A stretch of DNA of 64,000 bases, from contig OZ242184.1 in NCBI GenBank assembly GCA_965205855.1, forward strand, positions 544,001-608,000, written 5' to 3'. Below the pieces are notes generated by a model. The model was not told where the DNA came from. It saw nothing but the letters and a program-made list of their open reading frames with translations, and made no database searches. Of this stretch, positions 39,901 through 48,250 are shown one piece after another. The stretch comes from Thermodesulfobacteriota bacterium (GTDB lineage Bacteria; Desulfobacterota_D; UBA1144; Nemesobacterales; Mycalebacteriaceae). The stretch's first letter is position 1, and each line of letters opens with the position of its first letter. The translations under genes were made by a program, and so were the position numbers.

Positions 39901-41631
39901 GTGTTAACGACGGACGAGGCGTTGCGTCTCAACGCGGAGCCACCGACCACGGACACGACGGGCAGTATTATCATGTTGTCGACCAGCGAAGAAGTAATCC
40001 TTGATAACGCTAATGGTGAGGATTTCACAGTTACCTCAACCCTGAATGGCGAAACAATACCTCACGAGGTTACCGATATCAGGGCGGGCAGTATCGTACT
40101 GGAGGTGACCCCGGCAATCGGGTTCGGGTCTCTCATCGTGGTTTCCTATAGTCCGGTTCAAGGTTCCATTACGGGTGTCAATACGGGCAATCCGGTGGTT
40201 CCGTTCAGTATAAGTGTGAACAACGCGGTACGGCCGTTGAATGAAGACCTGGATCGTGAAGGGAGGAAAACGTTGTTGACGCACCTTGCGGGTGTTCAGA
40301 GCGATCTGGTGATAAGTACGGTACAGAACCACCTGAGGGCGCTGGACGGAGGCAACCGTGTGAGCGTTCCACGACATGCGGGCGTAGAGACAGAGGGAGA
40401 AGGCAAATACGTTGAATACGAGAACGTCCGTGAGATGCTGTCTCATCTGGAGTTTGATCTTTCCCTGAACAGTCTGATGGGGTCGAATGAGGAGTGGCGC
40501 AAGACCGGTATTTCGTCCGCCGGGTTAGAGAGTTCGACTGATTTGTCATCGCCGCGGACACTTACCCTGTGGGGAGGAGGAGGCGAGACGCGTCTGGACA
40601 ACGATTACAATACATCCGGTGACGACAATCGCTATGACGGTCGTGTGTGGTCTTACAACACAGGTTTGGATTACCGTCCCTCGGAGTCTTTGACCTTGGG
40701 CGCGGCAGTGGGTTATTTGGACAGTGAACTGACAACCACCTACAACGAAGGCACCTATGATGAGAAGATGGTATCGGTGTCACCGTACCTGCTGTATGAG
40801 AGTCCGTGGGGTCTGGATATATCCCTGTTTGGGGGCTACGGAATAGGAGATGTTGACCTGACGGGGACGTTTGGACAGGCGAGCACGCCGTTTGTGGCAT
40901 TTACCGACAGTAATCTGTTATTTGGCGCGGTGCGTGTGTCGGGTGCGATGAAGTTTTTGGATAACAGTTTGGAAGTGGTACCGAATGTGAGTCTGCTCGG
41001 CAGTCGCAAGAGGCTGGAGGGATATACGGACAGCAGCAACCGTGAGATTGGTGAGACCACGGCGTCAGTGCTTCGCCTGACGCCGGGTTTTGAGGTGAGT
41101 TACCGTGTGAAGTTTTCAGGAGTAACGTTGAGGCCGTTTGCGAGCGGAGGTTTGATATTTGATTTATTAGATACGGTGAATGATGACGATATGACGTACA
41201 GTGTTGGCGGTGGAATGCGTTTTGAAACCGAGGTGGGTTTGAGCGGTTCTGTGGAGGGTCAGCGTGAGCTGGGTCGTGAAGCGGTAGAGCAACGGCGCTT
41301 TGTGGGCGCGTTGTCTTACGGTATTGCTGTGGGCAGGAATGGGAGAGCGGGGACTGTGACGCCGTCTGTAGGTATTAATCACGCATCCGGGGATGATGTG
41401 TCCGCAGAGGGATTGTCACAGGCATACGTGCTGGAATACACCACGAGAGGTGGAGGCCACAGTATTAGTTTTGAGCATGACAGGTCGGAAGAGGAGGGAG
41501 CGCGCTCCGGTCTGGGTTATCGTTACGGAGCAGAGATTATGCCGGGATTGAACTTGGAGGCAACAGTGTCGTCCCCGAATGTTGAAAAACGTGAGGTTAA
41601 GGGATTTGTTGGCATGAAACTCCGGTTTTAA
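9913..41631 (+). CDS. Giant (~10,560 aa when corrected) modular Ig-like autotransporter adhesin (gene 2), split into ORFs 9913-17169, 17171-36556 and 36556-41631 by two frameshifts
   Basis: N-terminal Sec signal (KKR..RLR-hydrophobic-ATAAHA). Module structure continues across both breaks. The 46-bp duplication at 17104-17195 and the missing C at ~36501 (vs 34411-34420) explain the breaks. C-terminal barrel is nearly identical to gene 1. Confidence 0.85.
17104..17195 (+). repeat. Perfect 46-bp tandem duplication causing a +1 frameshift
   Basis: gagcaaatcagcggcgctaacatgagaacctacaccctgacccaga occurs at 17104-17149 and 17150-17195; the sister module near 16800-16850 has a single copy. Confidence 0.95.
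21050..21935 (+). repeat. Three tandem 297-bp Ig-like (LTAD...YQW) modules
   Basis: acctatcaatggaaccggaacgacgg at 21164, 21461, 21758. Confidence 0.9.
24705..28075 (+). repeat. 12 tandem DUF5011/HYR-like Ig repeats
   Basis: Repeated T.PVI.L.G...SI..G..Y.DAGATATD..DG.I...VDT...G.YTITY.V.D.AGN. Confidence 0.85.
29573..29935 (+). repeat. Calx-beta-like module (near-identical copies at ~32533-32895 and ~37428-37785)
   Basis: VSI....VDEGD.ATFTVTLS....EVVV.YAT..DTA.AADF....GTLTF......Q.ISVPT.DD.ETEG.ETFTLTLS matches the Calx-beta consensus. Confidence 0.85.
33960..35575 (+). repeat. Three copies of a ~620-bp cadherin-like + He_PIG di-module
   Basis: gcaaggggtggcctatagc at 34201, 34819, 35440. 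Confidence 0.85.
35681..36525 (+). repeat. Three tandem 282-bp He_PIG (putative Ig) modules
   Basis: aatgacgcgccc at 35681, 35963, 36245; P.W..F...TGALTGTP motif. Confidence 0.85.
38745..39600 (+). repeat. Three tandem 285-bp Ig-like modules
   Basis: gttgatattagcggtgctacc at 38881, 39166, 39451. Confidence 0.9.
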
Positions 41632-41658
41632 AAACAAGGCGTTTTCCCGTCCTGCTGT
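39744..41658 (+). repeat. Copy 2 of ~1.9-kb direct repeat (shared C-terminal translocator cassette)
   Basis: Near-identical to 7912-9844. Confidence 0.95.
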
Positions 41659-41667
41659 TTATCCAGC

Positions 41668-41840
41668 CCCTTTGCGTTTGCCCCGAAATAACTCTCATCC
41701 ACCTCAATCTCGCTACCAAACACCGATTCGCTCTCGACTTCCAGTTCATAGGCAATGATCTCGCGTTAGGGCCGTGGCTCCGGCCACAAAATGCTCTATT
41801 AAACGGGCTACTTATGATTGATTAAGTGACTCTTTCTCAT
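41668..41840 (-). mobile_element. Degraded IS1595-family (IS1016-like) transposase fragment
   Basis: Minus-strand reading with stop and frameshifts gives MRKSHL..HK / RLIEHFVAGATA / REIIAYELEVESESVFGSEIEVDESYFG / GKRKG. This matches the IS1016 N-terminus (MRKSRLS..K..KLIELFVAGVTA) and the family motif E.DESYFG..RKG. Confidence 0.8.
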
Positions 41841-41940
41841 ACACCCAAATCGCGGACCTTTTCGAAGATAGCTGTAAGGCTGACAAGTCCAAGGGATCAA
41901 ACCGCATCAAGTTCAAACACGCAGGAGGGGACGACAGGTT

Positions 41941-42171
41941 CTTACGCAGTCTCGATGGCAAGACAGTACCAGTGCCCAACTTGGCAGCGGCGCAGCCACA
42001 CCTTATGCAGTGCCGGGAGACAGGACAATCTCTGGCGACTATGTAAGGGCGACTCTGCGCTATGAGATCAAGGACCGTATCAACCTAGACAGCACTATCG
42101 AATATGCACGGACCACGGGCAGTGCCTCGCACGCAACCTCGTGACAACTGGGACTGGTGTTCAACTTTTAA
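41941..42171 (+). pseudogene. Remnant of the C-terminal strands of an outer-membrane (autotransporter-like) beta-barrel
   Basis: Frame from 41941: LTQSRWQDSTSAQLGSGAATPYAVPGDRTISGDYVRATLRYEIKDRINLDSTIEYARTTGSASHATS*QLGLVFNF*. Alternating amphipathic strands, terminal Phe, internal TGA, no start. Confidence 0.6.
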
Positions 42172-42181
42172 GGGCAATCCT

Positions 42182-42988
42182 TCAGGGTTTGTCCGGACGA
42201 CTTTCCGCGCGTCCGCAGATATTTTCAATATGGCGGTCAACCATACCCGCAGTTTGCGGAGACGGGTTGCTATCCGATATTGCGCCGAACTCGGAGCAGG
42301 CGGATTGCGTGTCACCCGTTTTCATCAGCGCAACCGCAAGGTTGAGACGCGCTTCGTTGTATTTCGGAGCGTATCTCAACGCCGTTTTGAAATGAATTAT
42401 CGCTTCTTTCTCCCTTGAAAGCCTCGTAAGCATCTTCCCGTATTCGTTTCTGGAATAGATATTGAACGGTTCAAGTTTAAGGGACTTTTGAAAAAAGAGT
42501 TCGGCGGACGGGTTGTCTCCCTTGAATTCATACGCCTTGGCGATGTTGACAAAGGCCGCATATCTGAGCGGATATCCGATGTCTTCGGTCACTATCGAGC
42601 AATGCTCAATCGCGGCGTCCGGATTTTTTGTTTTGAGATAAAGTCCGCAAAGGTTGTATCTGGCTTTGGTGTAATCGCTTTTAATCTCAAGCGCCTTTTT
42701 GTAGCTTCTCTCGGTTCCTTTCAAGTCTTGAAGACCAAAGTAGGAGATGCCTTTTATCAGATGAATTTCCGGATCATTCGGATTCTGCAGTTCCGCCGCT
42801 TTTATCTCCCTTATCGCTCCGGCAAAGTCTCCTCCCCTCGCGTATGAGACCGCAAGCGCTTTCCGGTTGACCGGAGACACAACGGGTTTGGGCGGATTCG
42901 CCGTATTTCCCGTGCACGCTCCCGCAAGCAGGCAGAGAGAGCAGATGACTGTCAGAAGATATACGTATTTTTTCAACAATTTGTGCAT
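42182..42988 (-). CDS. TPR-repeat lipoprotein (PilF/PilW pilotin-like)
   Basis: Lipobox LLAGAC after a hydrophobic stretch; multiple TPRs (YKKALEIKSDYTKARYNL; FKTALRYAPKYNEARLNLA). Start at 42988 or 43003. Confidence 0.75.
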   Translation of the reverse strand: MHKLLKKYVYLLTVICSLCLLAGACTGNTANPPKPVVSPVNRKALAVSYARGGDFAGAIREIKAAELQNPNDPEIHLIKGISYFGLQDLKGTERSYKKALEIKSDYTKARYNLCGLYLKTKNPDAAIEHCSIVTEDIGYPLRYAAFVNIAKAYEFKGDNPSAELFFQKSLKLEPFNIYSRNEYGKMLTRLSREKEAIIHFKTALRYAPKYNEARLNLAVALMKTGDTQSACSEFGAISDSNPSPQTAGMVDRHIENICGRAESRPDKP

Positions 42989-42999
42989 CCGGCAAAAAC

Positions 43000-43902
43000 T
43001 CAAATACGGGACATTTGTATAAAACTGTTCAGACGGCTTTCAAATTTTCCCCTGTTAAGTTGCTCCACGCTTTCCGTTCCGAGTTTTTCCACGGTAAAAG
43101 AAGCCAGAACACAACCGTGCAGAACGGCTTTTTTCAGGTTCTCATGTTTGTCCGCACCGTTTTCAGTCAGATAACCCATAAACCCGCCCGCGAAAGTGTC
43201 TCCGGCTCCGGTAGGGTCAACCGCGCGCTCCACCGGATACGCGGGGGAATGGAAGATGCCGTTTTCGGAAAACATTATGCACCCGGATTCGCCTTTTTTT
43301 ATGACAACCGTGCGAGGGCCCATCTTCATTATGGCGCGCGCCGAGGCATGAACGGATTTTTCTCCGCTCAAAGACAACGCCTCGGACTGGTTAATGATGA
43401 GAATGTCAACCATTTGCAAGGTTTTCAACAGGTCTTGCATGCTGTTTTCTATCCAGAAATTCATGGTGTCGCATGCCACGACGCGCGGAGACTTTATCTG
43501 CTTCAGGACGTCCATCTGCGTAACGGGGTCCATGTTTGCAAGAAACACAAATTCCGCGCTTTTGAGATTTTCGGGGAGATTCGGCTTGAAATTCTCAAAC
43601 ACATTCAGGTTCACGGAAACAGTTTCGGGGTCTCCGAGGTTTTTGTCGTATCTGCCTTTCCAGCGAAAAGTCTCTCCGTCCGCCGTTTCAAGACCACTTG
43701 TGTCAACCCCGAATTTGCGCAGCAAATCGGCGTGCGAAGCCGGGAAATCCTTTCCGATGACTGCGGAGATTCCGACCTTTGTGAAAAGAGACGCACCGAT
43801 ACATGAATACACAGCCGAACCTCCGAGAATTTCATCCCCTTTCCCGAGAGGGGTCTCTATGGAATCAAGCGCCACGGTGCCGACTATCGCGAGTTTGCTC
43901 AT
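43000..43902 (-). CDS. PfkB-family carbohydrate/nucleoside kinase
   Basis: N-terminal GGSA motif; C-terminal VDPTGAGDTFAGG PfkB signature. Confidence 0.92.
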   Translation of the reverse strand: MSKLAIVGTVALDSIETPLGKGDEILGGSAVYSCIGASLFTKVGISAVIGKDFPASHADLLRKFGVDTSGLETADGETFRWKGRYDKNLGDPETVSVNLNVFENFKPNLPENLKSAEFVFLANMDPVTQMDVLKQIKSPRVVACDTMNFWIENSMQDLLKTLQMVDILIINQSEALSLSGEKSVHASARAIMKMGPRTVVIKKGESGCIMFSENGIFHSPAYPVERAVDPTGAGDTFAGGFMGYLTENGADKHENLKKAVLHGCVLASFTVEKLGTESVEQLNRGKFESRLNSFIQMSRI

Positions 43903-44798
43903 TTGAAAAACCTTCCCATTATTATTCCGAGTTTCTTTTTTGTTTCCTCGCTAATCATTTCCGGCGATGTTAGAACCGCGTTCTCAAGCGCGGAGGAACA
44001 CCGGCAGTCTCGTTCTTCTCCGAGAAGTTCCGGTAATTTGTTAATGATTTTTTTCGCGGTTTCAACATTGGCGGCGAGAGTTTTTATCACACTGTCCACG
44101 GTTACGGCTTCATGTTCATCGTGCCAGCAGTCATAGTCGGTCGCCATGGCAAGGGTCGCGTAGCATATCTCCGCCTCTCTGGCGAGCTTTGCCTCGGGCA
44201 TGTTTGTCATTCCTATCACATCAACCTTCCAGTTTCTGTAGAGCATGCTTTCCGCGCGCGAGGAAAACTGCGGCCCCTCCATACAAACATAGGTTCCGCC
44301 GCTTTGTGCGGTTGCTTCGATTTTCAGGGCGGATTGATAAAGCGCCGAGGAAAGGCGCGGACAAACTGGCTCCGCCATTGACACATGCGCCACTATTCCG
44401 CCTCCGAAAAATGAGGATTCCCTGTTTTTTGTGAGATCTATAAACTGAGACGGAACGATGATTTTTCCGGGTTTGATTTCCTCCCTCATACTACCCACTG
44501 CGCTGACCGAAACTATGCGTTCCACCCCGAGGCTTTTAAGCGCGTAAATGTTCGCCCTGTAGTTTATTTCGGAGGGAAGGAGGGTGTGCCCGATACCGTG
44601 GCGCGGAAGAAACGCCATTCTTGCCCCGTTCAAAACACCTGTTGTTACCGCGCCGGAAGGTTCTCCCCACGGGGTTTTTACATCCGTCCGCTCAATGTCT
44701 TCAAGGCCGTTTATTTCATAAAGCCCGCTTCCGCCTATTACGCCGGTCATTTCCGTTATTTCTCCCGTTACTTCGTTTTTCTCAAGACAAGGATGCAC
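43899..44798 (-). CDS. mtnP: S-methyl-5'-thioadenosine phosphorylase
   Basis: GVIGGSGLY, FLPRHG, NYRANIYALK, EGPQFSSRAES, GMTNMPEAKLAREAEICY, TDYDCW. True start may be downstream (~44750). Confidence 0.93.
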   Translation of the reverse strand: MHPCLEKNEVTGEITEMTGVIGGSGLYEINGLEDIERTDVKTPWGEPSGAVTTGVLNGARMAFLPRHGIGHTLLPSEINYRANIYALKSLGVERIVSVSAVGSMREEIKPGKIIVPSQFIDLTKNRESSFFGGGIVAHVSMAEPVCPRLSSALYQSALKIEATAQSGGTYVCMEGPQFSSRAESMLYRNWKVDVIGMTNMPEAKLAREAEICYATLAMATDYDCWHDEHEAVTVDSVIKTLAANVETAKKIINKLPELLGEERDCRCSSALENAVLTSPEMISEETKKKLGIIMGRFFK

Positions 44799-45424
44799 CT
44801 CTTTCCGCCGCCCCCAGGAAGTTCGGTTTCCTCCATTGTTTCAAGTTCAAGGTTGAAGTTTGTGTCCGCAATCGCCCCTTTTTCTTTTTTCCACTCCCGT
44901 GCGCCGCCTTCGCCCTTCATTACAAGCAGGATACCGCCTTCTTTGACAAGGGGCAAAGCCACGCGCGCTATTTCCGGCGTTCTCGCCACGGCGCGCGAGA
45001 CGGCGATGTCAAAGCCACCGCCTATCTTCTCGTCTTCCTTTCCCGCTCTCGCTTTCACCGCGCGAGTTTTGTCCAACCCGAGTTCCCTTATCACCTCCCG
45101 CATGAAAAACACCTTTTTTTCGCGCGAGTCGGTAAGAACAAGACTGATTGAAGGACGGCATATTTTAATGGGTATTCCCGGAAAACCCGCTCCCGCCCCT
45201 ATGTCAAGCACCGAGCTGGACGGCTTGATATGGCGCAACAGGGTGAGCGAGTCAAGAAAATGCCCGACCGCTATCGCTTCGGGGGTTCTGATGGAAGTAA
45301 GGTTGATTTTTGAAGCCCATTTACGGAGCAGTTCCGAGTAAATCTCAAATTTTCCCGCTGCAAGCGGGTCGATATCCGCGCCGATTTCCCTTCCGCCTTC
45401 CGCCAGTATTTGAACGAGATTCAT
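44768..45424 (-). CDS. rsmG: 16S rRNA m7G527 methyltransferase
   Basis: W..KINLTSI, HFLDSL, LDIGAGAGFPGIP, KKVFF, SRAV, MKG. Confidence 0.93.
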   Translation of the reverse strand: MNLVQILAEGGREIGADIDPLAAGKFEIYSELLRKWASKINLTSIRTPEAIAVGHFLDSLTLLRHIKPSSSVLDIGAGAGFPGIPIKICRPSISLVLTDSREKKVFFMREVIRELGLDKTRAVKARAGKEDEKIGGGFDIAVSRAVARTPEIARVALPLVKEGGILLVMKGEGGAREWKKEKGAIADTNFNLELETMEETELPGGGGKRCILVLRKTK

Positions 45425-46251
45425 TTTACCAGCCGTATGGATGCGGGATGCCCTATCCTGATATTCGGGCGACCCCTGTACATTGACACTCTTCCTACAA
45501 CACTGACCGTTTTGCCCGTATATTGTTCAAGGGGATTGATTCCGAAATGCAGAAAAGTGCCGACCGAATTGCCGAATATAACCATGTCAAAACCGCCCGT
45601 GGTTTTCAGTATTATAATTCCGGACTTTTTTCTCAGCGAATCCGTAACCCTTCCTTGCGCGACTATTCTCCGGCCCTCCATCTCCGGGATTTTCCCGGCG
45701 GGGGTCATAAATTTTTCATTCCCCTTTCCCGGTTTGAACTTCCATTGGCCGCTCCAGATTCCCCTGCGGTTTGCCATCGCGCTTTTCTGAGCGTGCCGGA
45801 GTTTTTCCATTAGCGCGGGGTCCTGAAAGCCGATTTCAAAAACGGTTGCAAGCCCCGCTTCCACAAGCCGTTTATTGACATTTTCGCCGTCTGAAAAAAC
45901 AAATCCGATTAGCCTTCCGTATCTGCCGTATCTTTCCCGCGCGAACCTGACTTTCACTGTTCCGCTTTTCAAAAGGCCGGCGTTCATATCCGTCGCTTCT
46001 TCCGAAAACGGGTCTCCCGGAGAGTCCGTAGTCGGGATTTCCGGGCAGTCTATGCCCTCATATCTTAAAGACATTTCCCGCCCCTTACGGTCAACAATTT
46101 TTATGGTGTCGCCGTCAATGATTTTTGCGACCCTGAAAGTTTGTTCGTTTTTTGCTCTGCTACCGAGTCGTGAAAACACCCCGCCGTAATTTGCCAGTGG
46201 CAGAAAAACGAGCAAAACAACAAGCCACTTTGCCGATTTGAACCCTCTCAT
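45421..46251 (-). CDS. Thermonuclease (SNase) family protein with C-terminal OB-fold-like domain
   Basis: IIDGDTI, GIDCPE, RYGR, VNKRLVEAGLA, A...RRGIWS; N-terminal hydrophobic anchor. Confidence 0.88.
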   Translation of the reverse strand: MRGFKSAKWLVVLLVFLPLANYGGVFSRLGSRAKNEQTFRVAKIIDGDTIKIVDRKGREMSLRYEGIDCPEIPTTDSPGDPFSEEATDMNAGLLKSGTVKVRFARERYGRYGRLIGFVFSDGENVNKRLVEAGLATVFEIGFQDPALMEKLRHAQKSAMANRRGIWSGQWKFKPGKGNEKFMTPAGKIPEMEGRRIVAQGRVTDSLRKKSGIIILKTTGGFDMVIFGNSVGTFLHFGINPLEQYTGKTVSVVGRVSMYRGRPNIRIGHPASIRLVK

Positions 46252-47378
46252 TCCGTTTCCCTTTCAAATGCCGCGAACGCGACAAAGCCCGCAAAAACAG
46301 CCAGTCCCGCCACCGCATACATGGTGCGAAAACCCATGTTTTCCGCGATTATTCCGAGCGGAAAAGCCGCGTAGTTTATACCCGCGCTGAAAGACGAATT
46401 GAAAGCGCCCATTGCGGTCGCCATTCCGGTTTTTGTTCTGTCTGCTATCATTGCGCCGAGGGTGGGATAGAGAAGCCCATATCCCGCGCTGAACAGAAAG
46501 CAGAACACAACCGCTTGCAAATCCGAACCGGTCTGCGATATGAGTAGAAGCGACAGCGCTACCGCGAACAGGGCGGGAGCCGCGGTTTTCTTCCGGCCTT
46601 TTGTGTCAGACAGTTTTGAGAAAAATATCCTCACCGTTATTACGGTCACAGCGTATGTGAGAAAAAAACCTGACGCTTCAAACCCATTTCGGTAAGCGAA
46701 CACGGCAAAAAAGTTGAGAAGACTTCCCAGACCCACCGCCACCGCGAGGTTGGCAAACAGAATGGTTCTGTACCGTTTTGCCACAAGAAGCGAGAAGAAC
46801 TCCACGAACGGTTTTTTGTCCTCGCGGCGGGGGAGGGTTTTCTCTTCCCGCACCATAAGACTGAGGGCGAGGGAGGTAAAACCGAATGACGCCGCGTAGA
46901 CAAACAGCGCATCCGTTCCTCCCCAGTGGTTTACTATGTGCTCGGCGATTGTCGGGCCCACCGCGTATGAAAATATCGTAAACGCTCCAAAAATTCCGAG
47001 TCTTTCGGCGACGCGGTTTTTCTCCGCCGTGCCGGGAACCATTGCCGTGGCGGAGGTGAAAAACGCGGCGAACCCCGCCCCCTGGAGAAGTCTCAAAACG
47101 AAAATCATATATCCGATATCTTTTACAAAAATGAAGCACAGCGACGCGCCCGCCATCAAGGCCGCGCCCGCGACCATAAAGACCTTGCAGCCCCTACGGT
47201 CTGCGAGTGTTGAAAAAAACGGTATGAGAAACAGCGAGGTCAACCCGAAACTGCCCATTATATAACCAATCAGGGATTCTCCGCCTCCAAGCTCTTTTAC
47301 AAAAATCGGTAGCAAAAAAAATGAGGAGAAGTTGCAGAAGAATAAAAAATTTGACAATGTGATAAGAGCAAAATTCAT
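46248..47378 (-). CDS. Major facilitator superfamily transporter
   Basis: About 12 hydrophobic segments; LADRRGCK and LSDTKGRKK motif-A-like loops; LRLLQGAG. Likely start MNFALITL at 47378. Confidence 0.88.
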   Translation of the reverse strand: MNFALITLSNFLFFCNFSSFFLLPIFVKELGGGESLIGYIMGSFGLTSLFLIPFFSTLADRRGCKVFMVAGAALMAGASLCFIFVKDIGYMIFVLRLLQGAGFAAFFTSATAMVPGTAEKNRVAERLGIFGAFTIFSYAVGPTIAEHIVNHWGGTDALFVYAASFGFTSLALSLMVREEKTLPRREDKKPFVEFFSLLVAKRYRTILFANLAVAVGLGSLLNFFAVFAYRNGFEASGFFLTYAVTVITVRIFFSKLSDTKGRKKTAAPALFAVALSLLLISQTGSDLQAVVFCFLFSAGYGLLYPTLGAMIADRTKTGMATAMGAFNSSFSAGINYAAFPLGIIAENMGFRTMYAVAGLAVFAGFVAFAAFERETE

Positions 47379-47499
47379 TGGATTGACAGCGCGCTTTTGG
47401 AGTTCGCTCCGCGGATTATAAAGTTGCACGGAATTTACGTTTTTGTAAAAAGTACGGTTTTGTTTCAACATCGGTTATTTGTGTTATTATTGTCGCTCC

Positions 47500-47572
47500 G
47501 AGCCGTTAGCTCAGCTGGTAGAGCAACTGCCTTTTAAGCAGTGGGTCGCAGGTTCGAATCCTGCACGGCTCA
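47500..47572 (+). tRNA. tRNA-Lys (TTT)
   Basis: Acceptor GAGCCGT/ACGGCTC; anticodon arm actgc-cTTTtaa-type loop cttttaa-gcagt with central TTT; T-loop GGTTCGAATCC. Confidence 0.97.
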
Positions 47573-47582
47573 CTTTTGTCCG

Positions 47583-47657
47583 GTCCCCGTCGTCTAGCCT
47601 GGCCCAGGACACCGCCCTTTCACGGCGGCAACAGGGGTTCAAATCCCCTCGGGGACG
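47583..47657 (+). tRNA. tRNA-Glu (TTC)
   Basis: Acceptor GTCCCCG/CGGGGAC; anticodon arm ccgcc-ctTTCac-ggcgg; GGTTCAAATCC. Confidence 0.97.
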
Positions 47658-47671
47658 GTAAATACGGGATT

Positions 47672-48250
47672 CTATGTTTGGTTTTCGAGAACTGTTTTCG
47701 CCGCTGCGGTTAAATCGTTGGCAACAAAATCCGCCGCCGTGTCAACGCCCGCGGTTTCTCCGCTGATACGGATGGTTGAAAATCCGCTCCGTATTCCCGC
47801 TGATACATCCTTTTCGGAATCTCCCACCATCCATGAAACTCCGGGGTCAATGCCGTGTCGGGCAACTATTTTTTCTATCATCCGTGTTCCGGGTTTTCTG
47901 CAATCGCACTGTCTGTTGTAGGGGGCGACCGTTCCCTCCGGATTGTGCGGACAGTAGTGGAAACCTGAAAAACACACTCCGCGCTCCCTGAAATACGCGT
48001 CCATTTCGGCGTGGACTTTTTTCACATCACTCTCGGTCAAAAACCCTTTTGCCACTCTTCCCTGATTTGTGACAATGAAGAGCAGATAGCCTGCGGACTG
48101 AATTCTCAAAAGTGCTTCGGCGTAGCCGTCCGGAATGTGGAAATCCCCCGGTCTGTATATATATCTTGCCCCGTATGGCATCAGGACGGTTTTGTCCCTG
48201 TCAAGAAGAACGCATTTTGTAGCCGGTTTTTTCATTTTTCCGTCAGGCAT
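47672..48250 (-). CDS. gmhB: D-glycero-D-manno-heptose 1,7-bisphosphate phosphatase (HAD IIIA)
   Basis: LDRDKT, VTNQ, CPHNP...CDCRKP zinc loop, MVGD..D. Confidence 0.85.
   Translation of the reverse strand: MPDGKMKKPATKCVLLDRDKTVLMPYGARYIYRPGDFHIPDGYAEALLRIQSAGYLLFIVTNQGRVAKGFLTESDVKKVHAEMDAYFRERGVCFSGFHYCPHNPEGTVAPYNRQCDCRKPGTRMIEKIVARHGIDPGVSWMVGDSEKDVSAGIRSGFSTIRISGETAGVDTAADFVANDLTAAAKTVLENQT

Noticed and set aside
7912-41658. Diversity-generating retroelement (TR/VR pair)
   Set aside because: No reverse transcriptase in the window; differences between copies are not adenine-specific and are mostly synonymous in the barrel.
41826-42418. Short ORFs 41826-42065, 42085-42315, 42104-42418, 42141-42395
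   Set aside because: No recognisable motifs; they overlap the barrel relic or lie antisense to or out of frame with the TPR gene.
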